This document shows, piece by piece, positions 33,395-46,800 of a stretch of DNA of 64,000 nucleotides. Location of the stretch: assembly GCA_050273025.1 (NCBI GenBank), contig CP158635.1, forward strand, positions 21,948,001-22,012,000, read 5' to 3'. This stretch comes from Cenococcum geophilum. Its lineage: Eukaryota. Every line of letters starts with the position of its first letter. The first letter of the stretch is position 1. Made by a program: the position numbers and the translations under genes. The notes under the pieces are model-generated. The model saw nothing but the letters and a program-made list of their open reading frames with translations, was not told the DNA's origin and searched no databases.

Positions 33395-35854
33395 ACGTAG
33401 CTTATGGGTTTTTGACGGTTGGGGGGTTTTTGACGGTTTTTCTTACCGCTTGCCTATTTAAGCTTAGCAACTTATACTGCCGCTTTAAGAATCAAAATAT
33501 CAAAACATTTAATTCCTCAATGCTTGATCTATATTTAAGAAATTTACCATTAACGCCACTATGCCCCACTGGACTCGCGAACCTAATGCAGATTAGAGAA
33601 TTAAGTTAGCAATTACTGGCTTTAAAAATGGCCTCTATAAAAGCCGGGAAGATGCTATAAAGTCTTACGGCATTAACCCAAATATATTACGCAGGTGACT
33701 TAACGGCAAATATAAATCTTATAAAGTCGCGCATACTTACCAGTAGCGACTACTACCCCCTACAGAATCTGCGATCGTACGACAGTATATATACCTTACA
33801 AATACTGGCTTTCCTGCTTAAATTTAAACGGTCCAAGTTATTATAACTAAGATTCTTAAAAAACAAGTAAGAAAGCTTCCTTTTTATTAACCACTACCAC
33901 CACTAGGCAAAGCATAGATAACTACCTTTCTTACTCACTAGAGTAAGCTTCGCGTTTGCTACGCTTAATCACTTAATTAAGAATATGCAATTGCTGGTAA
34001 TAATATTACCGCAATTAAGGCCTTCTTTAACGACTATAATACCGTAATTCAAAACCATAGAATTCTGCTTAAGAATTAATATAATATAGATAAGACTGGC
34101 TATACTATAGGGCTTACTCTAAGTGCAAAAGTAGTAGTTCTAAGAGGTAGAAAATAAGCTTTTAAAACGGTAGACGGCTCGCGCAAGTAGGTAAGTTAAG
34201 TTAACTACATAGGAATAGGCGGTAAAACGATTCCACCTTATATTATTTTTAAGGGCAAGCAATATACAGATTAGCTATAGTAAATAGCTAAGGAAGCTAT
34301 ACCCAGCTATACTATTAGAATAACTAAGAATGGCTAGAGTTTATAGAAATAAGGCCTTAGTTAGCTAGAACACTTTAAGCGATATACTTAACAAACTAAA
34401 TAGTAGCAGGCCTTAAATAAAGAGGACGATAATAATTTTAATTTAAACGGCTACTACCTACTTATAATAGACGGTTATATAAGCCACATTAACCTTAAAT
34501 TTGTTCAGTTCTATAAGGACTATAGGATTATACTAATCTGCCTTCCTCCGTATATAACTCACCTACTATAACCTCTTAATTTAGTAATATTCTTACTACT
34601 TAAGCGGGCCTACTCGTAGAAAGTAGATAAGTATATTACTTTGGGTATTACGGGCCTTAACAGGGAGTAGTTTCTTAGGATTATTAGCGAAATTTGGTTA
34701 GAGATCTATACTACTAATTATATTAATAGCGCCTTTAAAGCTACAGGCCTCTACCTATACAATCTAGAATGTGCCCTTAGCCGCTATAGAAAAAGCGATC
34801 CTATTTAAAGCCTTACACCTACAGACAAATCAGTATTACTACTATCCTCTTCCTTATATCCACAAACTCTAATAAGCGCTAATAACCGCGCCTAATATCT
34901 AAGGACGATTACTAACCCTAAAACGTCACCGGAGGTAGTTAAAAGCTATATTTAAAAGCTTATTAAGCGGCTATAATTACATAAAGATTAAAAGGTGTTG
35001 CTTAAGTAGGAAAATAAAGACCTTTACTACAGCGCTATAGAGAGGAAGAAAAGGAAGAAGGATAAAAAGACAGTACTATTAACAGCAGCGGTACTTACTA
35101 CTAATGCTATAAAGGCGATTGTCGCTGTTAGAGAGGCTATAGAGGAAGCTAAAAGGAATACTAGGGAACAAAGGAAGCGATCTAAAATTAAGTGGGAGGA
35201 GGTAGTAATACTCTATAAGGAACAGGTTAAGGCACAGAAGGAGGCTTAGGCTGCCGCATTGGAGGCTAAAAGGAAGGTAGAGCAACACTAGCGGCAGTTT
35301 TAAGCTGCGCTATTAGCGTTAAAGAAGGCATAGAAAGCTTTAGAGACTGCATCTAGGATAGCAATAAAGAAGAAGACAGCTAAGGCACGAGAGGAATTTA
35401 GGAAGGCAGAGGATTAAGCTGCGTTAGCTAAAGCGCTTGCAACGGCTGCGCAATTAACAGCGAAGGCATCTACTACTACATTTAAGGCAGCAACGGCTCA
35501 CTTAAAGGCTTTAATAGCAGCTACAAAAAAGGTAGATAAAGAGGTTAATATATAGGTAGAGGTAGAGAACGACGAGCAGAGCAATTCGAGTGATAGTAAG
35601 GTATTAGATAAGGACGTTGGCATAGATATAGGCAACGTCGTGCAATTAATCGAGTAGAGCTTCTAATACAAACACCATAAAATGTCGCAATAGAGCCTTA
35701 ATTATATAAAACTAAAGCTTCATTTAATATCGTGGATGGTGCTGCGTGATGCCTTTTATTAAGAAAATGCCTGCAATTAAGCATTTTAAGGCACTAGTTT
35801 TGATGTTCAAAACCGTCAAAAACCCCCCAACCGTCAAAAACCCATAAGCTACGT
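33395..35854 (+). mobile_element. pogo/Fot1-type (Tc1-mariner) DNA transposon, 2460 bp
   Basis: Perfect 46 bp TIRs acgtagcttatgggtttttgacggttggggggtttttgacggtttt with TA TSD at 33393-33394 and 35855-35856. Confidence 0.95.
33561..35730 (+). pseudogene. pogo/Fot1 DDE_1 transposase, RIP-inactivated; end approximate
   Basis: After reversing RIP: NMDETG (~34085), LI.DGH.SH (~34465), LPPH.THLLQPLD (~34545). HTH-like N-terminus and A/K/E-rich tail. Confidence 0.85.
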
Positions 35855-37696
35855 TAGTCGTAGTCAACACCATACTGCTATAGATTTCCCTTAATAATCT
35901 ATCTTGCTTTATAGCGGAGGACCTCGCCATTATATCCCCTTTTAACTTTAAATACCTATTTACCAGCAAGAGGCTTATAAGGAGGCTTAAGGGAGGTAAA
36001 GTTAATAAGTTCCTACGTCTGGTTCTTAACTAGAGATCCTATTTCCTCTATTATTGCTTTTATCTATTCTTTGCTATTTAGGCCATTAATTACTTAGTCG
36101 TAAGTATGAGGCTTATCTTTATTAATTAAGGTAGTAGATATATATGTTTTAAGATCGGGTAAGCAAGTATATTAAATATAGCCCGCTAGTAGAGCTATAG
36201 GATTAACCGCGTTGCGGTCGTTTAAGTAAAGATTTTAAGGTATAGATTATAAGGGAAAGGTAAATAGAAGGGCTATTAGTTTGTCGCCTACTTTATTATC
36301 CTAGTTACTTAGTAGCTTATTAATATTATCGGCCTATTAGTTAAGGCTTTAGTCTATACCTATAAGGCTTATAAGGAAGGCAGTAGGGTTACTTAATAGG
36401 TTAATTCTTAACGTCTAGCGGCCTAATTAAGTAATAGTGGTAGTAAGGTTTTTAGGCAGAGACTTAAGCCCACGGGGTAAGCTGTCGCGGCCTTCCTTCT
36501 AATTAATTCTTTATTGTCTTTTTCTTAATAGAGGCTTTAGCTAAGGAGTAGTAGTGTCTTTATCTTCCCTCCCTTGCTTATTAGATAAGTTAATAAGTTC
36601 TTCTATAAATATAGTAGTAGTCTTTAAACTAATGCCACCTTTATAGATCTTAACGTCTTTAAGGCGCTTAATTTTCTGTTTATCTAGAAGCCAAACGTAA
36701 TAGATTATCTTGCTATTATAGCTAATTAAAACGCCCTTTTTTACTTGTAGAGCGAACCTAGCTAATTTTAGGCGATCTTCTTTAGCTATAAGGGAGTAGA
36801 TAGTAGATCCTAGAGCTCACAGGTGGTATACTAAGGGAGGTTTACCCTTAAGTTTTTTATAAGGTAATATACCACTAAAAGCTCTTATAGGGCGTCTATT
36901 TTTAATATATATAGCTATAAGGAGTACGTTAGGCCACAAAAAGTCTAGTATATTACCGGCGAAAATTATTAAGCGAGTAATTTTAGTAGAGGTTCGCTGT
37001 AAGCGCTCCGCTACTCTATTCTCTTCCTAAGCGTATAAAGCGGCAGGTTTAAATTCTATACCTAGATCGTCTATCTAGGTCGTTGCTTTCTTGCTACAAA
37101 GCTCTACTCTATAGTTAGTACAAATTCTAGCGATTTTAAGGTTAAATTTAGTGCGGATCTAGTTATAGTACCTCTATAAAGTACTGAGCTACTTATCCTT
37201 GATATAGACAGTATAAACTATAGTAAACCTCATATAGTTGTCGGTAAAAGACATGTAGTATCTTTCGCCTTTAAAGCTAATGGGGGTAATATATCCTACT
37301 AGATCCGTATAGATGAATTAAAACAGCTATATAGCTCGTTCCTAAGGTATTTTATTATACTTCTTTTTAGCTTTAGATTAAGCGTAGGGCTTATAGTATT
37401 TATTGCTAATGTTATTAAACTTAATACCGAGTTTATTTAGGTAGTGTTTAAGGTCATTATAGTTAAGGTAGCTAAATTAGTAATGCTAAATGGGTAGACT
37501 TTTGTTGTCTTTAATTATATAAAGGACTGATTTTAACGGGTAGTTATACTATTAAATTAGGTAGAGTCGTTGAACTTTAGGCGCGTATCCTATTACCTTG
37601 CTATTGTATTTAAGTTCGTAAGTCTTATTATTAAAGAAGACGCCTATTTCCTTAAGTCGGCCTCTAGATAGAAGGTTTACTAGTAAATATAGTACA

Positions 37697-40600
37697 TATC
37701 ACGGCTTGAACAAATGCCTCTGAACCGAAGCTTAAACGAATGCTGTATTACCAAGATACTAAGCTAAAGAGAAGGAAAAGGGGTCGCCAGGACCAATGTA
37801 AACAAATATATAGGGTAAGCCGCCAAGGCGCTAGCTTTAGGCGGGCCAATCGCAGGTCGGCAGAATATAGCAGAATTTGGCAGGTAACGTGCGATAGCGC
37901 CATTACATCACCCCCCTCTTTAAAAGAAAGCCTGCCCTTAGGCTTAGTTAGAAAAAATAGGGTAGCACTAGGCTTATAAACGTAGGATTACAAAAATATA
38001 AGATAAGGAGATAAAAGGGGACATAAGTCCATCCTGACTAAGTATAAAGGGCGATTGTGGGCTAAGTGGAAGCACTAGGCCAGAAAGAGTAGCCGCTAAA
38101 AGTCTTGGCACGGATCTAACCAATCAGACAACTTCAACCGGCGGTCGAAGTTCCTGGACATCTGAAATTTTATGGTACTGGCAGAAAACGGCAGAATATA
38201 GCAGAATTTGGCAGACAGCTGTATTAGAGCTTTAGGGCGTTTTTATCCCTATATTCTTCCGGTAACTTATCGTCTTTATTATGCCAGCATTCCATCTATT
38301 TATCTAGGTACTTCGGGGGTCCAGGCGTATTAGGGTATTAGTTATAGAATTCTTTAAGCTTCTAGGGGTAGCCTATAAAGTTCTATATAGGGTACCAGGT
38401 TAGGTCAGGATCGTAGCCCTTCCATTAGACACGGTATTTTAGCGCTCCCCATACTATCTTGCAGGCTAGTATTTTATTAACCTCCTATTCGTTGTCACCG
38501 TTTACTTAAACTAGTAGGGGAGGCTCGTTCTTTTATCCAGGCAATGGGTCGTTTATAGCTTTCCGTAACTTATTTGGCGAGAAGATAGGGTGAACCCTAA
38601 TTAAGTCTAGGAGCTTTATCTTGTACAAGTTGCCTATCTTTTTAAAAACCTTATACGGTCCTACCATCTAGTAGTCTAGCTTACGGCTAGGTCGTTCGGT
38701 CCTCTAATTCCTTATTATAACCTAGACTATATCGCCAGGGGCAAAATCGGGCTCTTGACGGTATTTGTTCGCCTGCTGTTCTATTAACCTCTAAGCTTTT
38801 TCCAAGTTCTCACGGGCTACCGTCTAGGCCTCCTCCAATCGTTTGGCGTACTATTAGGCCTTAGTATAGGATAGCTTCTCTCGTATAGTCTAGGGTTCTT
38901 CTAGCCTTTTCCAGTTAAAGCTTATACGGGGTAAGTATCCTATTTTTAGCTAAATCGGGGCAAACCCTATAGAGTTATGGGGTAGGGTTGCTTGCGCGTA
39001 GTCTATTAAGGGTAGTAGTTCAAACTAGTTGTCCTAAAAATAGTTAATAAAGGGCCTAAGCCTCTAGTCTAGGTACTAATTTACAATCTCTGTCTAACCG
39101 TCTATTTAGGGGTAATAAGCTGTAGAAAGCTTTAGCTTAATACCTAGGATCCAGGTAAACTTATTCCAAAAGGCTAATATAAACTGTGGCCTATAATTGA
39201 ATATAATAGTATCTAATAGTCCGTAGATTTAGTAGACGTAATAGATATATAGCCGGGCTGCCTCTTTGGCATTAATGTTCTTATAACATGGAATTAAAAA
39301 CAGGCGTTTACTAAAGCGGTTAACTATAACTATAACTATATCATATCTATTACGGTCCCTAGGTAGTTTGTGAAAGTCTATAGAGATATGCTGCTAAGGG
39401 CGCTCTAGTATTAGGAGTGGCTTAAGTAGTCCTAGGGTCTTATCCCGTGGGATTATAGCTCTCTAGCAGTCTTCGCAGTTCCGTATATATCGATTAATAT
39501 CCGCAACCATTCTCGGCCAGTAGTAGCGGCAGTTAATAATTTTATAGGTCTTATTCTTACTAGGGTATACCATAGAGACTTAGTAATAAGCTTCGCGGAT
39601 TAGTTCGGTCCATAGATTATCGACATTAGGGACTATAAGCCGCTCCTAGTATAGAAGCAATCCTTCCTCCGTCTTAAAATTGGGGTCTCCTTTTACGGCT
39701 TATTCGCGGAGGGCCCTTAAGGCGTTAGCCGTACAATTTACAGTTAGAAGGCGGTCAATTAGCCCTATTAGCTTATCTAAGGACTCCTCCATTAGTGCTA
39801 GCTCGTTTTGCTAAGAGTCTAGCTCCTTAAGGATCCGCGGGTCGAGCTATTCTAGATAGAGGAGGGCGCGCGTCCGATATTAGGTCTTTAGCTCATCCTA
39901 GGGTCCTACATCTTATTCTCTTTAGGTTAGGGCATTAGCCTTAGAGTTTTACTTACCAGAACGATATATAATCGTAAAGAAGAATTAGGAGAGTATTTCA
40001 GCCTACTAGGCTTATCGCCCTATAAGCTACTTTATAGTTATAAAGTACTCTAGGGCTTTATAATCTATATATATCTTAATCCGGGAGTTCGTACCTTTAA
40101 GCTCTACGCGCTATTGGGAGAGTAATTAAATAATAGCTAGCATTTCTTTATTATATACTTCATAGTTATACTTAGCCGGGTTTATTATCTTTAAGAAGAA
40201 AGCCATAGGGTACTATTCACCGTCTAGATATAACTGTAATAAGATTCCCGCTACAACCCCATTAGAGGCGTCTGTTTCTAGCATTAATTTAAGGTCCGGG
40301 TTATAGTAACAAAGGATTAGGGAAGAGATAAGCCGATCCTTTACCTCTTTAAAGGCCTCTATATAGCTATCGTTAAAGACAAAAGGCGTATTCTTCCTGG
40401 TTAGTCATACAAGAGGTTTTGCTATAATTCCATAGTTACGGATAAACCGGCGGTAGAAATTATAAAAACCAAGGAAGGACTGGATTCCTTTTACTATATA
40501 AGGGGGCTTCTAGTTACGGATTGCCTCTACCTTCTTAGGGTTAACCTTAATTCCTTCCGTAGTTACAATAAACCCAAGGTATTTTATACATTTTACCCTA

Positions 40601-43600
40601 AACTTATATTTCTTAATATCAACTTATAAGCCCACATTCCGTAGTCTCTCTAGAACCTTCCTAATATAAACTTAATACTTAAGTTTATTATCCAAGTATA
40701 TAAGAATGCCGTCTAGGTATGCCGTGTAGAATTTGTTAAGGTAATTAAAAAGAACGTCATTTATATACCTTTAGTACGTAGCCAGTCCGTTTATTAGTCT
40801 AAAAGGAAGAACTTTATATTTATAGGAACTATAGCAGGTACGGAACGTTGTTAAATCTTTAGATACAGGGTCTATCCTAATTCGGTAAAAAGCTTGGCGG
40901 ATATTAAGTTTGGTAAAGATCTTTACCTGGCTTAGATGTATAAGGGTCTCGTTAATTAAAGGAATAAGATACCGGTCCTTTTAAGTAATAGCGTTTAGCT
41001 TCTAATAGTTAATATAAAAACGAAGGCCTCTATTAGGCTTTTTTACAAATAGGATAGGGGAAGTAAAAGGGGCTTAACTTAACTCGATAAACCCTTTATC
41101 CAGGTTGTTAATTAAGTACTACTTTATTACTTTTAGCTTATCCATCAATTAATAATAGAGGGGGCTATAGCCTAGCGAGTTATAGGCCTCTAATTAAATC
41201 TTGTAATCGTATATCTGGTAGGGGGGTAACTTATCTAAGGCCGCCTTTAAGAATGCATCCTTATAGCCTATATAAATAGTAAGAAGGAGGCGTTCGACTA
41301 GTTCCTTATCAGTTTCCTTATCTAGCCTTTCCTCTCTATTATTAATAATTCAGTTAATCTTATATAGGCTCGTTATAAAGACCTTATTATCCTTCTAGTA
41401 TATATTGAAGTAAAACGCTACAGCGCTAATTGCGGCGATATTTATGGTAGGGGGGTTAACTAACAATAGGGGCGTATGTGACTTTAGGGACTTCTAGGGT
41501 ACTGGCGTCATCATTACTCCTTTTAGCTCCTATTGCATCTTTTAAAGGTTATCCCTCATATCCTATTAATACGTTCTTTTCTATAACGGTTAGATCTATA
41601 CGATTTAGACGTTATCTACGTTATTATCTGTCCCGCTTTTATACGTAGAGTCCTTTTTAAACGTAGCGCTTCAAGAGAGTATCTTTATTGGTATAGAGTT
41701 CTTTCCAGCTTTATGGCGGGCGTCCTCTTAGGCAAAGGCTAGGTTACGGGCCTAGATATCCTACTAGTAGGTAGGGTTAGCCCTTACGGCTAGTGTCTTA
41801 CAGTTAGTTCAGATCTCCCTAATAAAGGAGGGCAACCTCAGTCTATCCTCCAGCTAGACAAACCGTCTTTTTCACACGTTTAACTAAATATTAAAATAGG
41901 ACATCCATTTTTATCCGAGGATTATATCGTAGGACCCTAGGTCTAGGATACAAAAGGGGATGCCGTATTAGCGTCGTCTGTTAAGAGCGATATACAACTT
42001 TAAGACGTAGGTAACAGGCCAACCGGCTTGGCTATTGTAGCCCTTTACCTAAACAGGCTTCTCTAGTTAGATAGCTTCTATATTTAGAAACTTGGCAACA
42101 TTATTTATATAGGCAGTATTTATAAAGGCGAAGCTATTTACTCTAGTGTTAATAAGGGCGGTTGTATTAACTCTATATCTATTTTAAAATACTGTATATA
42201 GAACCGTAAAATACTTTCCACCTATTAACTAACTAAGATTAATCTCTTCGAGATCGATAGGGTACCCTAGGGGGGAGTCTTTCCCTAGGGTTCTTCTTTT
42301 CCTAACTTATTGGACGTTTCTCCTTCCTCCATCTCCTTAATATCGCCTATATCCTTTAGCTCCGGGCAGGACAAGACAAAGTGACCTTACTTATCGCAGT
42401 TAAAGTACATAGCCAAGGCAGGGTCAATTGGAGTATTACGGCGAATACTAGTTAATGGCGTGGTATATAGCTGGTTAGGCGAGGCTCGCTAGTGCGTAGT
42501 TGTAACCGCCTTTGGTATAAGAGCAGTCGTAACTTATCTTCCTGCTTTAGCTCTTATAGGTATAGCTGGCGAGTTCTAATTATTATAGAGTCGCTTCTAC
42601 TAATTAGGGCGGGCGTCGATCCGCTTTAGTTCTAAGTCTAATAATAGGTAACGAGCTGCGAGTCTTTTATAGGTTGGCAGGTTATTTAAGGTTATAGCGA
42701 TCTTTTCTTATAGCCGGATTATTAGCTTATTATACAGGTCTAATCAGTAGTTCTTAAGGGGAACCTAGCCTTCTCCTGTAAGGTATAGAAATTAAGTCTG
42801 GAATTTGGCAAAGGGTTAGTTCGGTTTTATTATTAGGTAATTATAGTTATAATAGGCATCCCGTACTTTATTTAGGTTAACGTAAATAGCCGCTAGGTGC
42901 CGTATTATCTTATTAACAGATATAAATTAGACAGGGGAGTCGTCCTTAAACTTGGCTTAAAGGTGCCATTAGGCGTCCCTAATAGTTTAACTAAAGAGGT
43001 AGAGCATTTTGGCTTCTTTAGAAAGGAAATAGTTATAGTTAACACAGAGCTTTCCTTATACTTAAATCCTCCAATTCTTAAAGGTAGGGTCTATCCCGTT
43101 AGATAGTGGTGGGGGGTTAGGGAGCTTAATAGACTTTAATTACTTCGTTATTATATCCATACTCCCTAATATATTACATTTAGTAGAGTAAATAGGTCGA
43201 CTAGGGCTTTAAGAAGGGGAAGCTGGGCTATTTCGTAGGGCCGTAAGGCTTTCTAGGATCTCTTGTAGGGTCTTTTATATATTTCTTACTTTAAGACGAT
43301 TGGCTTCCTAGCTGGCTGCGAGGGCACGAATCTGCTCGCGTATGTCTACGACATCATTATTGTCTTCAATTTCTGATCCTAATTAGATCTCAGGTTCCTC
43401 TCGGGTAGAGGCAGCTCTCTTAGATAAGCTTGCTTTAGGTGCCATCATTAGCTTCCTAAGGTTTGTCGGTATTGTACGCTTTAGTTTCAATTCCGGGGGT
43501 ATAGGTCTAGTCCTATCTAGCTTATAAGGTGGGATATTATCCAGGCCTTCCCAGGTAATATAGGGTTGTTTTGGTGTCTGAGTATAGCGCGTTAATGCGT

Positions 43601-43886
43601 CGTTGCAGACGAAGTTTCTTTAGGGTGGGATATTATTGAGGCCTTCCTAGGCAAGGTAGGGAGAGCTTAGTATAATGTTACGGCTTAAACAAATGCCTCT
43701 GAACCGAAGCTTAAACGAATGCTGTATTACCAAGATACTAAGCTAAAGAGAAGAAAAAGGGGTCGCTAGGACCGATGTAAACAAATATGTAGGGTAAGCC
43801 GCTAAGGCGCTAGCTTTAGGCGGGCCAATCGCAGGTCGGCAGAATATGGTAGAATTTGGCAGGTAACGTGCGATAGCGCCGTTATA
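37697..43886 (-). mobile_element. Full-length Ty3/Gypsy chromovirus 'Gypsy-C' (6190 bp), RIP-degraded, related to Gypsy-A
   Basis: 211 bp LTRs at 37697-37907 and 43676-43886. TSD gtaca/gtacg. PPT agaggggggtga on minus. gag with CCHC knuckle (~42390), protease, RT (AYLDGILIY ~40710), RNase H, integrase, chromodomain (~38400). PBS atactaagct is complementary to agcttagtat in its own LTR. Confidence 0.95.
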
Positions 43887-46800
43887 GTACGTAAAAAACA
43901 TTATATATAGTAAGCGTGCTTCTACAGCTTTTATTAGGTAGTGCGGTTTATATAAAAATAGACCCTTTACCTACTAAACGAGCCCTATAGGGACCAACTA
44001 TCCCTAATAAGGTGTCGTTATTAACGTAGTTAAAAAAAAGTTCGCGATCTTTATAGTAGTAGACGGTAGTGGCGGTATTAAGGATAAAGTTATACCTACT
44101 TAGTTAAGCTTATACTACCGCTACTGTAAGCTCTTATTATAGATTTGCGTTAAGCTTAGCTTAACTAAAATATTTATTAAGCTAGATAGACGCTTAAGTC
44201 CTAGGCCTCTTCCTTGCGCGGATTTTATTGCTAATTTCCTTTAGAGTGTTATCTGGCTTCCTCTCCTAACAGTCTTCTTTATAGTACGTAGTTCTGTTAA
44301 ATCTTACGTAGTTAAGGTGCTTATATATCCCAACTAGTGCTATTTTTCTCTTTATAGACCCTCTGTTATTTAATTATACTACTAGTATAAATACTTCTTA
44401 ATTAAGTTTGCTGTTAAAAATAATAAGTTCTTTACCTAGAGCTCGCGGGTTAGTATTTTCCTATATTTAATTTATTTAATTTATTGTTTTAAACTAAGCG
44501 TATTTAGTAGAGTTAACCCTATATAGAAGGGCCGCTTAGGTAAGAAGTTTGTAGTTAATAGGTTAGTTAATTTTAATAAGATAATTAAGGTTTAATGTAA
44601 TATAGGAGATAAACTCCTTTATGTTCTTAAAGTCTTATATACGTTTAGTAAAGAGGGTAGCTATAATATTGGTAACAGCTACCGGATTAAGATCCTTAAA
44701 ACGCTCTTTTAAGGCCTTCTATTTTTTAAGCGCCTATCTAGCATTTAATATAAACGGCTTATAGATATTATTAACGCTCTAGTTAATAAAACCGGCTATA
44801 TAGGCTAGCTGTTTCTCATATTTCTCCCGTTCCTTTACTAGCTTAGTTAATTTAATTTTTAGCTATTTACTAGTAAAGCCTAAGTCCGCCTATTTCTCCT
44901 TAATCGACTTAAGTATAGGAAGAGGCTGTGGTAAATCGTTAAGGACCTACTCGATGTTCTTAGATTGGAGGTGGTTTTATATATTAATACTAAACATTGG
45001 CCAGTCTTCCCGTTTAACGAGCTTTTAAATAGAGGCTTGGGCGGTACGTTTATTGCTTATATTAGCGGGGCTTTAATTATAGGTAGTTTGTAGTAGGCAG
45101 TCTATAGGCCTTATTAGAAACAACGTTGTTAAATTGGTTTCCTTTATAGGGAGTATAGGTTTTTTAACTTAATATATTCCTTAGCTGGTATAGGCAGTTC
45201 CAATAAGCTTCTTTTAATCCCCTACTAATGTGGATATTATAAAGCTTTATTCTCAAAACTCTATTATTCTATAATAATAATAGTAAGGTTATCTACCGAA
45301 TAAGAGGTCCTCCTAAGCCTCTAGTGCCGCTATTTGGTTACGGACTGTATTAGGCTCGTCCTTAGTAGGATCCTCTTATATATTTAGCGTAGAGTCCGTT
45401 AGCAGCTACGTAGCTGCTTGTTATAGGTTTTTAGCGTTATAAGTTGGTAAACGTTTACCGACTTCTGTTAACGCCCGTATGGTAATATTACGACAGCAAT
45501 TATTATAACAATAATAAAGCAATTAGATTTAGCTTATTAGGCGCGAACCCAGGCTTATAACCTATTGAATTAAGGTTATATAGCTAAAAACTCTATATAT
45601 TGCTTATTTTCTATATAGGTAGTTAAAGAGATTTTAAGGAACTTTAACCGCTAGTTAAAGTTATCTAATTAGTCAGATTCCTGCCAAGAGCTTTCTCCCA
45701 CAATTCTTATCACGTGATATTGTTGCGGGCTTATTTTCCAACATTTTTAATATAGGAATCTTGGTAAAGCCAGAGCTTTTAACTTAGTCGATCTCGTTTG
45801 ATTTAAATTCCTAGGAACTACTATAGGTCTCCTAGTGCACGGATTTTATATCTTTGTAGAAGCTTAGCTTTAAATTCTTTAAGTTTTAAAAGGTCCTTTT
45901 TGGCAAATAGAACGGCAATGTTATCTATATAGAAGAAGATAATAAGTTATCCGTTAGTGTATAGGCAGTTAGTACCTAGGATAGGCTTTAATCCAAATTC
46001 GGCTAGTGTACTAGTGAGCTCTTTATACTATAGTAGTGGTGATATTTTTAATCTATATAGCGCCATAAGTAGCTTTAGGATATATCTATCTTGACCAAAT
46101 CCTTCTAGGTAGTAGCAGTAGACTAGTTTACTAAGCTTAGCGTTTATAAATGCGTTTATAGCGTTATACTATCGAATTTCCAAATTAAATGCGGCTGTTA
46201 TAGCTATAAGAGTATAGAATATTCGAGCAGCTAGGGTTGCTGCATAGGTCTCTTCTTTGGTAATCTATAAGTCTCCGCGGACGTAGTCTAGCTTTAAGCT
46301 TTTATAGGTAGCCGTTACTATTAAGCTTATATTTAAAGACCTATTTTAGTAAAAGGATCTGCTTATTACTTACTTCTTCTTTTAGTACAGTCTTAAATGT
46401 CCCTCGGCGTTTTAGGTCATTATATTCTTTTTCTATAGCCTTTTAAAAGATAGTAGTTAAAGGATACTTTCTTAGTTCTTTAAGGTTCTTTAGTTTAGGG
46501 GGAAGATTGTCCTAATATAGAGATAAGGATAAGGATTTAGTTCGGCTGATATTCTTTACTAGTCCTATAGCAAATCTAGCGTAGTAACCAAATAGGGTAG
46601 ATAGATTGGCTAGGGCTGTTGTATACGCTTAACGTCGAAATCGTTTAAATCCTTCTGGTAGGATAAGGTTGACAAAAGGTTTGGCTAAGACTTTATTAGC
46701 TTATAAAGCTGTATTTAACGGTTCTAATAAACTGCTTGGCTAGGTAGGACTTGTTTTAATTATATCTAGGATATTGTCTTAAAGTCCTCTTAGTGTAGTA

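Larger units (their letters stand above)
31436..45743 (-). mobile_element. Ty1/Copia 'Copia-E' (~5.65 kb when rejoined), interrupted by pogo and Gypsy-C
   Basis: 181 bp LTRs at 31436-31616 and 45563-45743. TSD ttttc/ttttt. PPT aagggaggg and PBS ggttataagcc on minus. RT motifs DVKTAFL (~33300) and STYVND (=YVDD, ~33055); RNase H TKHI.I..H.IR (~32240). Confidence 0.92.
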
